From: an uncultured Chlamydiae bacterium
Lineage (GTDB): Bacteria > Chlamydiota > Chlamydiia > Chlamydiales > JAJFMB01
Assembly: GCA_963696295.1 (NCBI GenBank)
Contig: CAVOJR010000001.1
Location: 2,112,001-2,176,000 of the forward strand
DNA: 64,000 nt
Reading direction: 5' to 3'
The translations under genes and the position numbers were made by a program. A model generated the notes under the pieces. The model made no database searches. It saw only the letters and a list, made by a program, of their open reading frames with translations, and was not told where the DNA came from. This document shows positions 1-9,482 of this stretch, one piece after another (position 1 is the stretch's first letter; the number at the start of each line of letters is the position of its first letter).

Positions 1-191
1 GCGTTTATCCTTATTTGCTTAAAAACGGGTATTCGGCCGAACTCGGCGTCCGTCCGCTAAAAACATTGATAGAGAAGAAAATTGTCGGTTATCTTTCTCA
101 GGCGATTGCAAGTGATAAGATTCCGGATGGAAGCACTATGTGGATTTCCTACGACGCAGATAATTTTGATTGGATAATTGAATGGGAGTAA
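1..191 (+). CDS. 3' end of a ClpB-D2-type AAA+ ATPase (partial; paralog of the next gene; not in ORF track)
   Basis: Manual translation of frame 3 gives VYPYLLKNGYSAELGVRPLKTLIEKKIVGYLSQAI...WIIEWE*, which matches the C-terminus of the next ORF (FLEKNGYSRELGARPLKGLIEKKIVG...WIIEWEI). TAA at 189-191 overlaps the next ATG. Confidence 0.85.
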   Translation, partial: VYPYLLKNGYSAELGVRPLKTLIEKKIVGYLSQAIASDKIPDGSTMWISYDADNFDWIIEWE

Positions 192-1237
192 TGATGAAAA
201 AACAGTTTCAAATTCTGTGCCTGATAGGCATGTTGGCAGCAACCTTTGATCTGCCTGCCAAAAACAAAATTATCTATACCGATCAAAATGAAGTCGGCGA
301 GGCAAAGACCGATTTTAACTTGGCAAACGTGTTAGAGCTCGAGGACCGCCTGAACGCGCGCATTATCGGACAGCCTGAAGCTGTGAGTACCGTAAGCGAT
401 GTGATCCTCCGTTTTGCCGCTAAAATGAACGACCCGAAGAAACCGATCGGATCGCTCCTGTTTATCGGACCAACCGGGGTAGGAAAAACTGAGCTTTGCA
501 AGGTTTTAGCCATCGAGCTTTTAGGGTCGGAATCGAAGCTCATCCGCCTGAATATGGCCGATTTTTCTGAGCGGTACAGCCTTTCCAGATTGATCGGTTC
601 AGCTCCAGGTTACGTGAACCATGAAGAGGGCGGCCAGTTGACAGAAGCGATCAAACGCCACCCTAATTCGATCGTGCTTTTAGACGAAATGGAAAAAGCG
701 GCGCCTGAAGTGCACAAGGCTTTCTTGTCCGTATTTGACGATGGCTTTATTGTGGACTCCAAAAATGAGCGCATTGATTGCACGAAATGCCTTTTTATTA
801 TGACATCAAACCTCTCCTCGCAGGCGATTTTGAATATGTCGCACAACGGATTTAGTTCCGATGAGATTTTGGAGCAGATCCAGTCCAAATTAATTAAAGA
901 GCTTTCTCCTGAGCTTTACAACCGCGTTGAGCCGGTGGTATTTCATGCGCTGACCGAAGAGAGCCTGTTAGGTTTGATACAGCTGATGCTTAAAGGGGTT
1001 CAGAAGAATTTACAAAGTCAGAAACAAATTCAATTAAACATCGATCCAAGCGTTGTCGAATTCCTGGAAAAAAATGGTTACTCGAGGGAGTTAGGGGCAA
1101 GACCCTTGAAGGGGCTGATTGAGAAGAAAATCGTCGGCACCATTTCGAAAGCCGTTATCCGCGAAAATATTCCAAACGGCGCGGCGATTACCATTGCCTA
1201 TAACGATGGTTCCTGGATCATAGAGTGGGAGATATAA
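191..1237 (+). CDS. Stand-alone ClpA/ClpB second-module (D2) AAA+ ATPase with signal-peptide-like N-terminus
   Basis: Walker A GPTGVGKT, pore loop GSAPGYV, Walker B LLDEMEK, MTSN sensor 1, GARPL sensor 2. N-terminus is MMKKQFQILCLIGMLAA. Start is coupled by TAATG at 189-193. Confidence 0.85.
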   Translation: MMKKQFQILCLIGMLAATFDLPAKNKIIYTDQNEVGEAKTDFNLANVLELEDRLNARIIGQPEAVSTVSDVILRFAAKMNDPKKPIGSLLFIGPTGVGKTELCKVLAIELLGSESKLIRLNMADFSERYSLSRLIGSAPGYVNHEEGGQLTEAIKRHPNSIVLLDEMEKAAPEVHKAFLSVFDDGFIVDSKNERIDCTKCLFIMTSNLSSQAILNMSHNGFSSDEILEQIQSKLIKELSPELYNRVEPVVFHALTEESLLGLIQLMLKGVQKNLQSQKQIQLNIDPSVVEFLEKNGYSRELGARPLKGLIEKKIVGTISKAVIRENIPNGAAITIAYNDGSWIIEWEI

Positions 1238-3214
1238 ATGATTAATCTGGTTTATCCAATTTACGCAGCCGAAGTATTCGCAGGAGAGTGCCTGGAGGTA
1301 AATTCGCATCGCAATCATCCCGATGCTAAGAGTGTGGATGAGGATATTGCCAAGATTGCCAAGGAAAAATTGGGAATGAAGTCGGTCGACGGCATTCAAG
1401 TGGTCGATGATTTGCATACCGGCGAGCTTTCCAAATCGTGGGGCGCGACTTCCCTCGGGTCGCTCGCGAAACCCGTCATCGCTTTGCAGAGCGGGCTTGA
1501 GACCAGCGCGCCTAATGCGAGGCGTTATCTGCTATTGCGGGAGCTTTACAAAACATCCAGTTCCCTTCGGATGAAAGAGATTGCCATAAAAGTGGTCCAA
1601 GTCGCCATTATGGTTGGCTTGATGATGTCTGGCATCGGCTTTTATGCTATGGTGGGCTGCGCTATCGGCCTCTTCGTGGCCAGTTACCTGATCGACGCGA
1701 GAATGAATTATAATTGCTCCGTATCCGCCCATCAGTTTGCCATCAAGGAGATTGAAGAGAAGGACAGACCGGAAGTTAAGGCGGCCTTTGAAGCGATGAA
1801 TTCGGTGCGTGAGATGAAAGGGTTTATGAGACAAGGCGTCCTCGAAGATCTGAAGATGGATAAGCCGGTCGAAGAGCCGTTCGTTCAGGAAGTGGATAAA
1901 GCGTTAGCCAAAGCCTATAAAATAGTAGATGAGCTGAGAACCCTCACAACAGTAGAAACGAGGAAGGGTGAGCTGCTCGCAAAATTTAAAGAGATGGAAA
2001 AAGAGCTCGAAAAAGGGGAATTCACTCCCGAGCAGGAGTCGAAACTCTGCGACAAGCTCTATGATATCAACGAAGAACTGACGCAAATTAGAGAATTTGA
2101 ATTGAAGAAGGCCGGGTTGCTCACCCTCGTCCAGGAGATATCCCAAGAGCTGGAAAAAACCGATTTGAAAGAGACATCCCAGTTGCCTGTTAAAGGGAAA
2201 GCGGTCTATGAAGAGCTCTTACATTTCAAAGCCGCGCATGAAAGATACGCGCCTGTGTTTGATGGAATCCAAGCTATTGCCGATGAGTTTGCCAAAAAGA
2301 AATTGAGCGGCGAGTCGAAGGCAAACCTGATGAACAAACTCAATGACTTCTACAAAAAATTCCCCTACGCTACCGACATCAAAGATGAGGATATCTCCAC
2401 GGCTGCAAAGAGACAGCAGCTGTATGAAAAAATGGTCAGCGAACTGGAACAAAGCAAACTGCCTCTAATGGAGAAGGGAAAGCGGATCCTGGAACTGCGC
2501 GAAATTTTCGGCGAGCTCAAAAAAGGCCCCTTTACTTTCGATACCGCCCTCTTCGCCCCCATCGAAAAAGCGCTGCAAGAAAAGGGTGCTACACTCGAAG
2601 AGAAGATCGATCTGGATCAATTAGTTCAGGAAATTTCCGAGGAATTGAAAAAATACACTGTAAACGCGGAGGAGATGAAAGAACCCCTCGCTAAATTCGA
2701 GGAATTCTCCAATGCGCTCGACAAGGGAGACAAAGCCTCCGATGACGATCTGAAGAATAAAGCCGAGGCCTTTTTCGACGAGATGAAAAAGTTACGGGAT
2801 TTGCATTTGTCCCTCACCCAAAGGCTGATTGAAAAATGGAACGCGATGGAGCTTACCCCAAGCGGCCTGGATCTGCCCTTTAAATTACGCCCCTCAACGG
2901 ACAAGGCGAGCGACTTTTATAAGGAGCGGGAAGCGTATCATCTGCAGGATTTGGACAAGACGAAGCTGTTCATCCAGACCATGCCAGGCGTTATAACCTT
3001 GCTGATTATCCCCAAGTTGCTGGAACCGATTGCCAAAATCAATCCCCTTCTGATTCTGCCCGCCTACGGCCTCATCAGCCAAGGGATTGGCATGATGCTG
3101 ACTCCGGCGGCCAATTGGCTAGGCCACTACGCCATCGACTGGCAATTCCTGCGCAACACCAAGCAGCCCCGCCCGGCGAAAGTCGAGCCCGGTGTCTGGC
3201 AAGGCGCGCTCTAA
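1238..3214 (+). CDS. Membrane-anchored coiled-coil hypothetical protein (Inc-like)
   Basis: About 38-aa bilobed hydrophobic stretch IAIKVVQVAIMVGLMMSGIGFYAMVGCAIGLFVASYLI, a long E/K/L-rich helical region, and a second hydrophobic region near the C-terminus. Confidence 0.6.
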   Translation: MINLVYPIYAAEVFAGECLEVNSHRNHPDAKSVDEDIAKIAKEKLGMKSVDGIQVVDDLHTGELSKSWGATSLGSLAKPVIALQSGLETSAPNARRYLLLRELYKTSSSLRMKEIAIKVVQVAIMVGLMMSGIGFYAMVGCAIGLFVASYLIDARMNYNCSVSAHQFAIKEIEEKDRPEVKAAFEAMNSVREMKGFMRQGVLEDLKMDKPVEEPFVQEVDKALAKAYKIVDELRTLTTVETRKGELLAKFKEMEKELEKGEFTPEQESKLCDKLYDINEELTQIREFELKKAGLLTLVQEISQELEKTDLKETSQLPVKGKAVYEELLHFKAAHERYAPVFDGIQAIADEFAKKKLSGESKANLMNKLNDFYKKFPYATDIKDEDISTAAKRQQLYEKMVSELEQSKLPLMEKGKRILELREIFGELKKGPFTFDTALFAPIEKALQEKGATLEEKIDLDQLVQEISEELKKYTVNAEEMKEPLAKFEEFSNALDKGDKASDDDLKNKAEAFFDEMKKLRDLHLSLTQRLIEKWNAMELTPSGLDLPFKLRPSTDKASDFYKEREAYHLQDLDKTKLFIQTMPGVITLLIIPKLLEPIAKINPLLILPAYGLISQGIGMMLTPAANWLGHYAIDWQFLRNTKQPRPAKVEPGVWQGAL

Positions 3215-3237
3215 CAGCCGCGTGCATATGATATATA

Positions 3238-4011
3238 TTATGAATATTTAAGCGCCTTCATCATGAGCTCATCCAGGCGAAAATGCAGGGTGCCATCGGC
3301 CTCGCAGGGGATAATGGCTGTATAAGTGTCTACAATATCCCGCAGGTAGGCCTCCCGTTTAATTTCGGGAATGGTTCCAAAGGGGATCCAGCCGGCGAGC
3401 CAGCTGGCAAAGGCCGCTTTGTCCGGGTAGTCGATGGAGCCGTTGACGAGCTGCATCTGCTCGGGTATGAGGCCCGCTTCTTCAAGGAGTTTAGCCCAGG
3501 TGGCAAAGCTTAAGTGGTTCAATATCTTAGGGCTCTCAAAGTAGGGGCGCCAGGCGTCTTTTGCTCCGACCTTCTCCAGGGTATTGTGAAAGGGGTGGCG
3601 GGCCTGGGTGGGGGCGATGAGGAGAAGGGCTTTCCCGCCGGGAAGCAGCGCGCGGTTGACTCCCTTTAGCGCCGATAGGATATCGGGCACCCAGTGGAGG
3701 CAATTGAATGAGACGATCCGGTCAAATTCGGCATCAAATGGCAGGGCGGCGGCATCTGCCGCCTGGAAGGAGAGGCGGCTGCCAGCATGCTTTTGCGCGA
3801 CTGTGAGCATGGAGGGAGTGAGATCTATCCCGATTAAGGTGCTGTCTGGCGCGTGATCGGCGATATATTTCGTGATCCGCCCGTCGCCGCAGCCGATATC
3901 GAGAATTTTGGACTTGGGGGGAAAATCGATAAATTTCAGCGCGTCAATCGCCACCTTGAACTGCATTTCGGAATTTTTTGAGTAATAGAGGCCGTTCCAG
4001 TTTGAACTCAT
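3238..4011 (-). CDS. Class I SAM-dependent methyltransferase (Tam-like)
   Basis: Motif I ILDIGCGDG, plus FDRIVSFNCLHW and LLPGG. Start trimmed to MSSNW. Confidence 0.85.
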   Translation of the reverse strand: MSSNWNGLYYSKNSEMQFKVAIDALKFIDFPPKSKILDIGCGDGRITKYIADHAPDSTLIGIDLTPSMLTVAQKHAGSRLSFQAADAAALPFDAEFDRIVSFNCLHWVPDILSALKGVNRALLPGGKALLLIAPTQARHPFHNTLEKVGAKDAWRPYFESPKILNHLSFATWAKLLEEAGLIPEQMQLVNGSIDYPDKAAFASWLAGWIPFGTIPEIKREAYLRDIVDTYTAIIPCEADGTLHFRLDELMMKALKYS

Positions 4012-4018
4012 AGATATC

Positions 4019-6976
4019 CTATAGGGGAAGAATTTCGAGCGGGGGCCTGCCTTTGGCGGCCAGGCGGGCGTTTTCTTTTTCGAGGAGTTCCCGTCCGGCG
4101 AAGGCCACGTCCACTCCGTGGGCCATGTTGGGCACAATGTGTTTTTCGACGGCCTGGATAATATCTTTCTTGGTCAGCTTCAGCAGGCGGAGGCGGTAGG
4201 CCTGGCGCGCTTCCAGGGTTTGCCCTTTTCTCATCCAGCTGTAGGCCAGCTTGCCGCGGCTGCCCGGCGGGACGGGGGAGTCGAGCGCCTGGATCATTTC
4301 TATTTTGGCTTCCACAAGATCTTCGGCCTTAAACTTGCCCTTAAGGATGGTCTGGACGGCTTCGTCAAAGGCGAAAAGGGTGTCGCAGATGTTGGGGTCG
4401 CGGTAGGCGAAAAAATAGAAGCTGCCCGATAAGCTGTTGTTGGAGGCTCCTCCGCCATAGGCTCCTCCCTGTTCTCTCACGCGCAGGTGCAAAACAATAT
4501 TGTCAAAGAGGTTGGCGGCGACGTTGAGCGCGGGGGCGTCGGGATCGGTGTAGGAGCAGGTGGGGAACACTTTGCTGGTGAAGGCGACCGGGGAGGAGAT
4601 TTGCCGTCCCTGGGGCGCTATGGGGATGGCCGGAAAATCTTTGCTGAAGGGGGGCACCGGTTTGAGCGGGAGCGTCGGTATGCCGTAGAAGTGATTTTTC
4701 TTCAAGACGTCGTAGATCTCATCCTGGCAGGTGATCACGAGGTGGGGGTGCTCTCCATTCAAGATTCTCTTCTGCAGCTGCTGCAGTTCCTCTATGAGGG
4801 GCCTTGCATGCCTGTCAAAATTTTTCACGAGCTCGGCAATTTTGTGGTAATAAGGGAGGCCGTAGCACTCATTAGTGATCCTGTTAGAGGCGTTCATCGC
4901 GCTTGCGGAGAGGTTGATCGCGTAATTCAAGGCATTTTGATTGATGCCGCTTTCCAGGGCGGTGAAGTGCTTTAAGAGCACCTCTTTCAGCCGCTCTTTA
5001 TCATCAAAGTCAACCGAGGTGAGCAGGTCGCGGAAGAGCAAAAACAGCTTCTCGGCCTTGTGGTGCAGCGCTTTGCCATGGATATAGACATAAGGGTGGA
5101 ATTCCGAGTTGTCATGCGCCTGGAGATTCAAGGAAAAGGAGGAACTCACTCCGCCGGTGTGCGCCTGGATATACTCGAGATTTTCGGCATAAGTTCTGCC
5201 GCCGCAGCCCATTTGGGTAAACAGCTGGAAGAAGAGGCGTAAGTAGGGAAGTTCCTTTTCTTTGATCAGCGGCAAGGGGAAGACGAGATCGGCGTAGAGG
5301 ATATTATTTGTGAAGCAGCTATGGCGGTAAATGGTGTAGGGGCCCTGCTTTTCCTCGATTAAAGGGAAATCGCGCGGCTTTTTGGGCACATCGCGGATGT
5401 TGATTTTTGGCAAAACGGAGACGTCTTCGGGGTCCTGCTGCAGGTTTTGGAGCTCTTTGGCCTGCCCGATAATCTTTTCGATCTGCCCTTTTTTTAAGGT
5501 TTTACGAATTTCATCGAGCCTCGCCTGCTCTTCATCAAGCTCTTTCAGCACCAGTTCTTTATCGGGTGTCATCACTGCGCGTACATAATGGGGATTATTG
5601 AGCAGGTATTTGCTGATTAAGTGAGAAAAATATTGACCGTCAGTTGCCATGCGATCCCGCAAGTGCTGGAAGATCGAGTGAATCATCAGGCCGGAATGGG
5701 GCTCTGCTCCATGTTGTTTGAGAAGGGCGGAGCGCATAAAAAGCGAAAGTCCGTGCGGGGCGTGTCCGCCGTTGATTTCGCTGCGGTAAAGCTCGAGCTG
5801 ATGCAGCGCGTTGTCGATCAGGTTGGAGGGGATCCCCTCTTTCTGGATATTCTCAAGGGTTTCGAAGAGCACTTTTTCGATTCTATCGGCTTTGTCTTCA
5901 TCGCACCCTTGCATGATGATGACCCAGGGCGCTTCGCTGATATCCGATTCGAGATAAGAGCCCACCTGTTTGCAGAGGCCCGATTTGAGGAGCTTCAGTT
6001 TGAGGGGGGAGCCATCATTGTCCAAGAGGGCGATTTCCAGGACATGCAGCGCGAGGAGCTCCTCCTGCTGCAGCACATCGCAAGTCAGCCAGGCAAAGGA
6101 GACCCATGTTTTTCCCTGCACCTCTTCCTCTTGATGCACCGGGTAGCTCATGGTGATTTTTTTCGGCTTTTTGAACCGCTTCTGGCGCGGGACCGGGGGA
6201 AGAGGGGAAGCTTTGCCCACCCCTTTGAGAGCGTGCTCGGCAATAAAGTCCAAATGCCCTTCCAGAGGCATGTTTCCGTAGAAATAGAAGAGGCAGCGGC
6301 TAGGGTGGTAGTAGGTTTTGTGAAAGTCCAGAAGTTCTTGATAAGAGAGAGTGGGAATGGCTTTCGGATCTCCGCCCGAATTGACGCCGTAGGTGATATC
6401 GGGAAAAAGGGCGAAGTTCAGCGCTTCCACCAGGCGGGAAGCGGGATTGGAGAGGGAGCCTTTCATCTCGTTGTAGACCACCCCTTTAAAGAGGAGCGGG
6501 GAGGTTGGGTCGTCGGGTATGGCGAATTCCAGCCGGTGCCCTTCCTGATGGAAGCTCAGCTCTTTGATCAGCGGATGGAAGACGGCGTCGAGATAGACCT
6601 CCAGCAATTGGTAGAAGTCTTTGGGCACTTGCGAGGCGGCCGGATAGCAGGTGAAGTCGGGGCCGGTCATCGCGTTCATGTAGGTATTGAGGCTGCGCCT
6701 CCGCATGCAAAAGAAGGGGTCTTTGATCGGATATTTTTTCGAGCCGCACAAAACCGTGTGCTCCAGGATATGCGCGACGCCGTTCGAGCTGTCGGGAGTC
6801 GTCTGGAAGGAGAGGGAGAAGACGTTTTCCGGATCGTCGTTCGAAAGATGCATCACTTGCGCCCCGCACGGGTGGATGAGCTCGCGCAGCTGGCATTGCA
6901 GTTCGGGGATATTGACGACGTTGGTTACCGTAAAATCGCCGTAACGGTCTCCAATTTTTTCCAATTTCGCGGGCAT
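4019..6976 (-). CDS. M16C presequence-protease/insulinase family metallopeptidase
   Basis: Inverted zinc motif HILEH, GVVYNEMKG, VREQGGAYG, YRDP. About 985 aa from MPAKL. Confidence 0.93.
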   Translation of the reverse strand: MPAKLEKIGDRYGDFTVTNVVNIPELQCQLRELIHPCGAQVMHLSNDDPENVFSLSFQTTPDSSNGVAHILEHTVLCGSKKYPIKDPFFCMRRRSLNTYMNAMTGPDFTCYPAASQVPKDFYQLLEVYLDAVFHPLIKELSFHQEGHRLEFAIPDDPTSPLLFKGVVYNEMKGSLSNPASRLVEALNFALFPDITYGVNSGGDPKAIPTLSYQELLDFHKTYYHPSRCLFYFYGNMPLEGHLDFIAEHALKGVGKASPLPPVPRQKRFKKPKKITMSYPVHQEEEVQGKTWVSFAWLTCDVLQQEELLALHVLEIALLDNDGSPLKLKLLKSGLCKQVGSYLESDISEAPWVIIMQGCDEDKADRIEKVLFETLENIQKEGIPSNLIDNALHQLELYRSEINGGHAPHGLSLFMRSALLKQHGAEPHSGLMIHSIFQHLRDRMATDGQYFSHLISKYLLNNPHYVRAVMTPDKELVLKELDEEQARLDEIRKTLKKGQIEKIIGQAKELQNLQQDPEDVSVLPKINIRDVPKKPRDFPLIEEKQGPYTIYRHSCFTNNILYADLVFPLPLIKEKELPYLRLFFQLFTQMGCGGRTYAENLEYIQAHTGGVSSSFSLNLQAHDNSEFHPYVYIHGKALHHKAEKLFLLFRDLLTSVDFDDKERLKEVLLKHFTALESGINQNALNYAINLSASAMNASNRITNECYGLPYYHKIAELVKNFDRHARPLIEELQQLQKRILNGEHPHLVITCQDEIYDVLKKNHFYGIPTLPLKPVPPFSKDFPAIPIAPQGRQISSPVAFTSKVFPTCSYTDPDAPALNVAANLFDNIVLHLRVREQGGAYGGGASNNSLSGSFYFFAYRDPNICDTLFAFDEAVQTILKGKFKAEDLVEAKIEMIQALDSPVPPGSRGKLAYSWMRKGQTLEARQAYRLRLLKLTKKDIIQAVEKHIVPNMAHGVDVAFAGRELLEKENARLAAKGRPPLEILPL

Positions 6977-7145
6977 AGCTCTCACAACCATAAGGTGTGA
7001 ACACATTATCCCGAAAGGAGGAATTAGACACAATATTAGAGTTTTGCCGATGGAACAGATTTTTTGCTTATTGAGAATTTTTGAGATGTTCAAAAATATA
7101 ATTTTTTGTTAGTATCTTGACTTTGTTCACAGAAACGTGTACTTC

Positions 7146-7328
7146 ATGAAGAAGCGCGACTTGGAAAAGGAACTTACCCAATTGGGTTGGTGGTTGAAGA
7201 GAGAAGGTGGTAATCACGAAGTTTGGACGAATGGAAAAGACACAGAGTCAGTTCCTCGGCATAGAGAGATAAATGAAATACTTGCTAAAAAGATTATACA
7301 AATCGCGAAAAACAATCCTCCATATTAA
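7146..7328 (+). CDS. hicA: HicA family mRNA interferase toxin
   Basis: 60 aa with LGWWLKREGGNHEVW...VPRHREI, a typical HicA pattern, directly upstream of HicB. Confidence 0.9.
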   Translation: MKKRDLEKELTQLGWWLKREGGNHEVWTNGKDTESVPRHREINEILAKKIIQIAKNNPPY

Positions 7329-7342
7329 ATTTAGGAGAAAAA

Positions 7343-7774
7343 ATGGAACTTGAAGGAAAGGTTTGGAAAGACCCAAATAGTTCGTGGTGGCTTGTCGAAA
7401 TCACATTTCTCGACATAATGACTCAAGCAAAAAGTAGAAAAAAAGCTTTGGAGATGATTAAAGACGCTGTAATGGAATTGTTAAAAGATTCTTATCCGGA
7501 TTTACTCGATGGGTTCAAACTCACAGTCCACCTTTATGAGAATGGTGTTATTGGGATGGGCGCATCAGATGACACACTCCTTTTTGCTTTGGCTCTAAAA
7601 AGACAGCGGCTTCGCAGCGGCTCAACTATTCGGGATGTTTCAAAGAGGCTGAATTCGAAATCCCCTAATGCTTATGCAAGGTATGAAAGGGCAGCTGCAC
7701 GACCAAGTCTTGAAAAATACGCAGAGCTTATCCACGCAGCTAATCCAAATAGAAGACCCCTCCTACTCAGTTAA
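7343..7774 (+). CDS. hicB: HicB family antitoxin with C-terminal Xre-type HTH
   Basis: N-terminal TQAKSRKKALEMIKDA HicB motif and C-terminal TIRDVSKRL...YARYE...PSLE HTH. Confidence 0.85.
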   Translation: MELEGKVWKDPNSSWWLVEITFLDIMTQAKSRKKALEMIKDAVMELLKDSYPDLLDGFKLTVHLYENGVIGMGASDDTLLFALALKRQRLRSGSTIRDVSKRLNSKSPNAYARYERAAARPSLEKYAELIHAANPNRRPLLLS

Positions 7775-7951
7775 AGCCTTATTGAATTGCAGGCTCAGGA
7801 ACTTCAATTTTACGTGTTCTTAGTTTTTTTTTCCCTTTTTGATGTTTGAGAACATCATCAAGTCCTTCTTTAAGGATATGAAACATTTTACTCATGATTA
7901 TCTTGTATTATCAATAATTAGTATAATTTTCAAGCTGAGAACGGGAAAAGC

Positions 7952-7978
7952 GTGAAAGGCCCCGTTGAGGCCTTTCAC
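7952..7978 (-). terminator. Intrinsic terminator downstream of the nicotinamidase gene
   Basis: GTGAAAGGCC-N7-GGCCTTTCAC 10-bp stem, followed by GCTTTT on the minus strand. Confidence 0.65.
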
Positions 7979-7993
7979 TGGAGAATCTGCGAA

Positions 7994-9304
7994 TTAAAGA
8001 GTTCTTGGAAGATCATTCTTGGTAACAATATTGATACCATCTTTTTTCATTCCTGCAATTTCTTGGGCAACAGGATTTGGGATTCCTACGCCTTCGGATG
8101 CGTCGGTCACCAGGGTGACTTCATAGCCCAGCTCTTTGGCATGACGAGCCGTGTACTGCACGCAGTAGTCTGTTGCGATACCCACGACGTAAACGCGCTT
8201 GACGTTTTTGCTTTGCAAATGCTCGTCCAGAAGCGTCTTGTTCAATTTGCCGTTATCGAAGAAGGCGCTATAGCTGTCGACCAAAATGTCCAACCCTTTT
8301 TGGAAAACTTTCTGAATTTTATCCATATTTAAGCCATGGGCAAAGTCAGTTCCTTTGGAGCCTTGCACGCAGTGGATCGGCCATGCCGTTTGATCTCTGC
8401 CGAACAGTTTTACCTGAGTAAATAATGGAGCTCCCAAAACAGGACCAAAACTTCCATGCTTAAGCGGATGGAAATCTTGCGAAGCCACCTTAACCAGGCC
8501 CTGCTCTTCGCGCGCTAAAATGGCATTGACTACAGGCAGAATTCTCGCTGCGCTGGCCACGGCCAGGCTTCCTCTTGGATAAACATAGAGTTCCCCGTTC
8601 ATTTCCACGAAGTCGCCGTTTAGCTCAAAATTTTTGGCGCCAGGTACTTGGGATTGTGAAACAGTGAGCCCCAAATCTTTAATAGTTATGCCATATTTTG
8701 CAAGTAGCTCATTCGCTTCATCAGTGGCATCTCCTTCATTTTCGGCTTTCAATGATCTGTATCCAATGAAATCGTATTGGACGTCGATGACTAAAACAGC
8801 CGCGTTGCCCTCTTTCTTTTCCTCTTGCGCTTTTGCTAAACTAGCTTTAATAGAGGAATCTAAAAACAAAGAGGAGACGCCTTGGACCACACCGCAAACG
8901 GCGCCGCCGACAAGGGCTTTCACGCAAAAGGCGAGGTTCGAGGCTTCCTGTCTAAAATGGCTCCAGTTTGTGGCTGTGCGGAACAGACAGGCTGGAAGAG
9001 CGACTAAGGAATAGGCAGAGGCTTTGAAGGCTGAAACGCTGGAATCGGCATAGTAGGTGCGATTGGAAATATTTCTATAGTTACGGGATACTGTTTCCAG
9101 ATTGCCTCGTATTGTATAATCGCTGCTTTCCCACTTCCCTTCGAGTTGCCCTTTGCTCAACATAGGTGTTGATTTATCATAATTTTTAAAGTAGCCATCA
9201 TTAATAGTAGTGATTTCTTTTTGAACTTCTTCCTGCCCGGCAGTGCTTGGGTCAGGGAAGTGCACTTTCAGACCATTTATTGTTTGTATTCCATGTAAAC
9301 TCAT
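7994..9304 (-). CDS. pncA: Nicotinamidase/pyrazinamidase with ~165-aa N-terminal extension
   Basis: VIDVQYDF, GSLAV, SQDFHP, WPIHCVQG, KG..YSAF and GIATDYCV are the PncA catalytic and metal motifs. Confidence 0.85.
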   Translation of the reverse strand: MSLHGIQTINGLKVHFPDPSTAGQEEVQKEITTINDGYFKNYDKSTPMLSKGQLEGKWESSDYTIRGNLETVSRNYRNISNRTYYADSSVSAFKASAYSLVALPACLFRTATNWSHFRQEASNLAFCVKALVGGAVCGVVQGVSSLFLDSSIKASLAKAQEEKKEGNAAVLVIDVQYDFIGYRSLKAENEGDATDEANELLAKYGITIKDLGLTVSQSQVPGAKNFELNGDFVEMNGELYVYPRGSLAVASAARILPVVNAILAREEQGLVKVASQDFHPLKHGSFGPVLGAPLFTQVKLFGRDQTAWPIHCVQGSKGTDFAHGLNMDKIQKVFQKGLDILVDSYSAFFDNGKLNKTLLDEHLQSKNVKRVYVVGIATDYCVQYTARHAKELGYEVTLVTDASEGVGIPNPVAQEIAGMKKDGINIVTKNDLPRTL

Positions 9305-9482
9305 AAAATCTCCTTATAATATATTTTTAAAAAGCTGTTTTAGTAACAACCTTAAAACGATGCGAAAACTCAGAATTATAAAGCTATTCGATTATATACA
9401 CAAGAATAAAAGTTGAATTTTTTTACTTTCTTGCTATTTTACGGAAAAAGAGGTACTCTTATTCCTTTTTAATAGGCGAGCA

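Noticed and set aside
5621..7000. 459-aa plus-strand ORF
   Set aside because: Antisense shadow of the M16 peptidase with no motifs. The same applies to the many short ORFs overlapping real genes.
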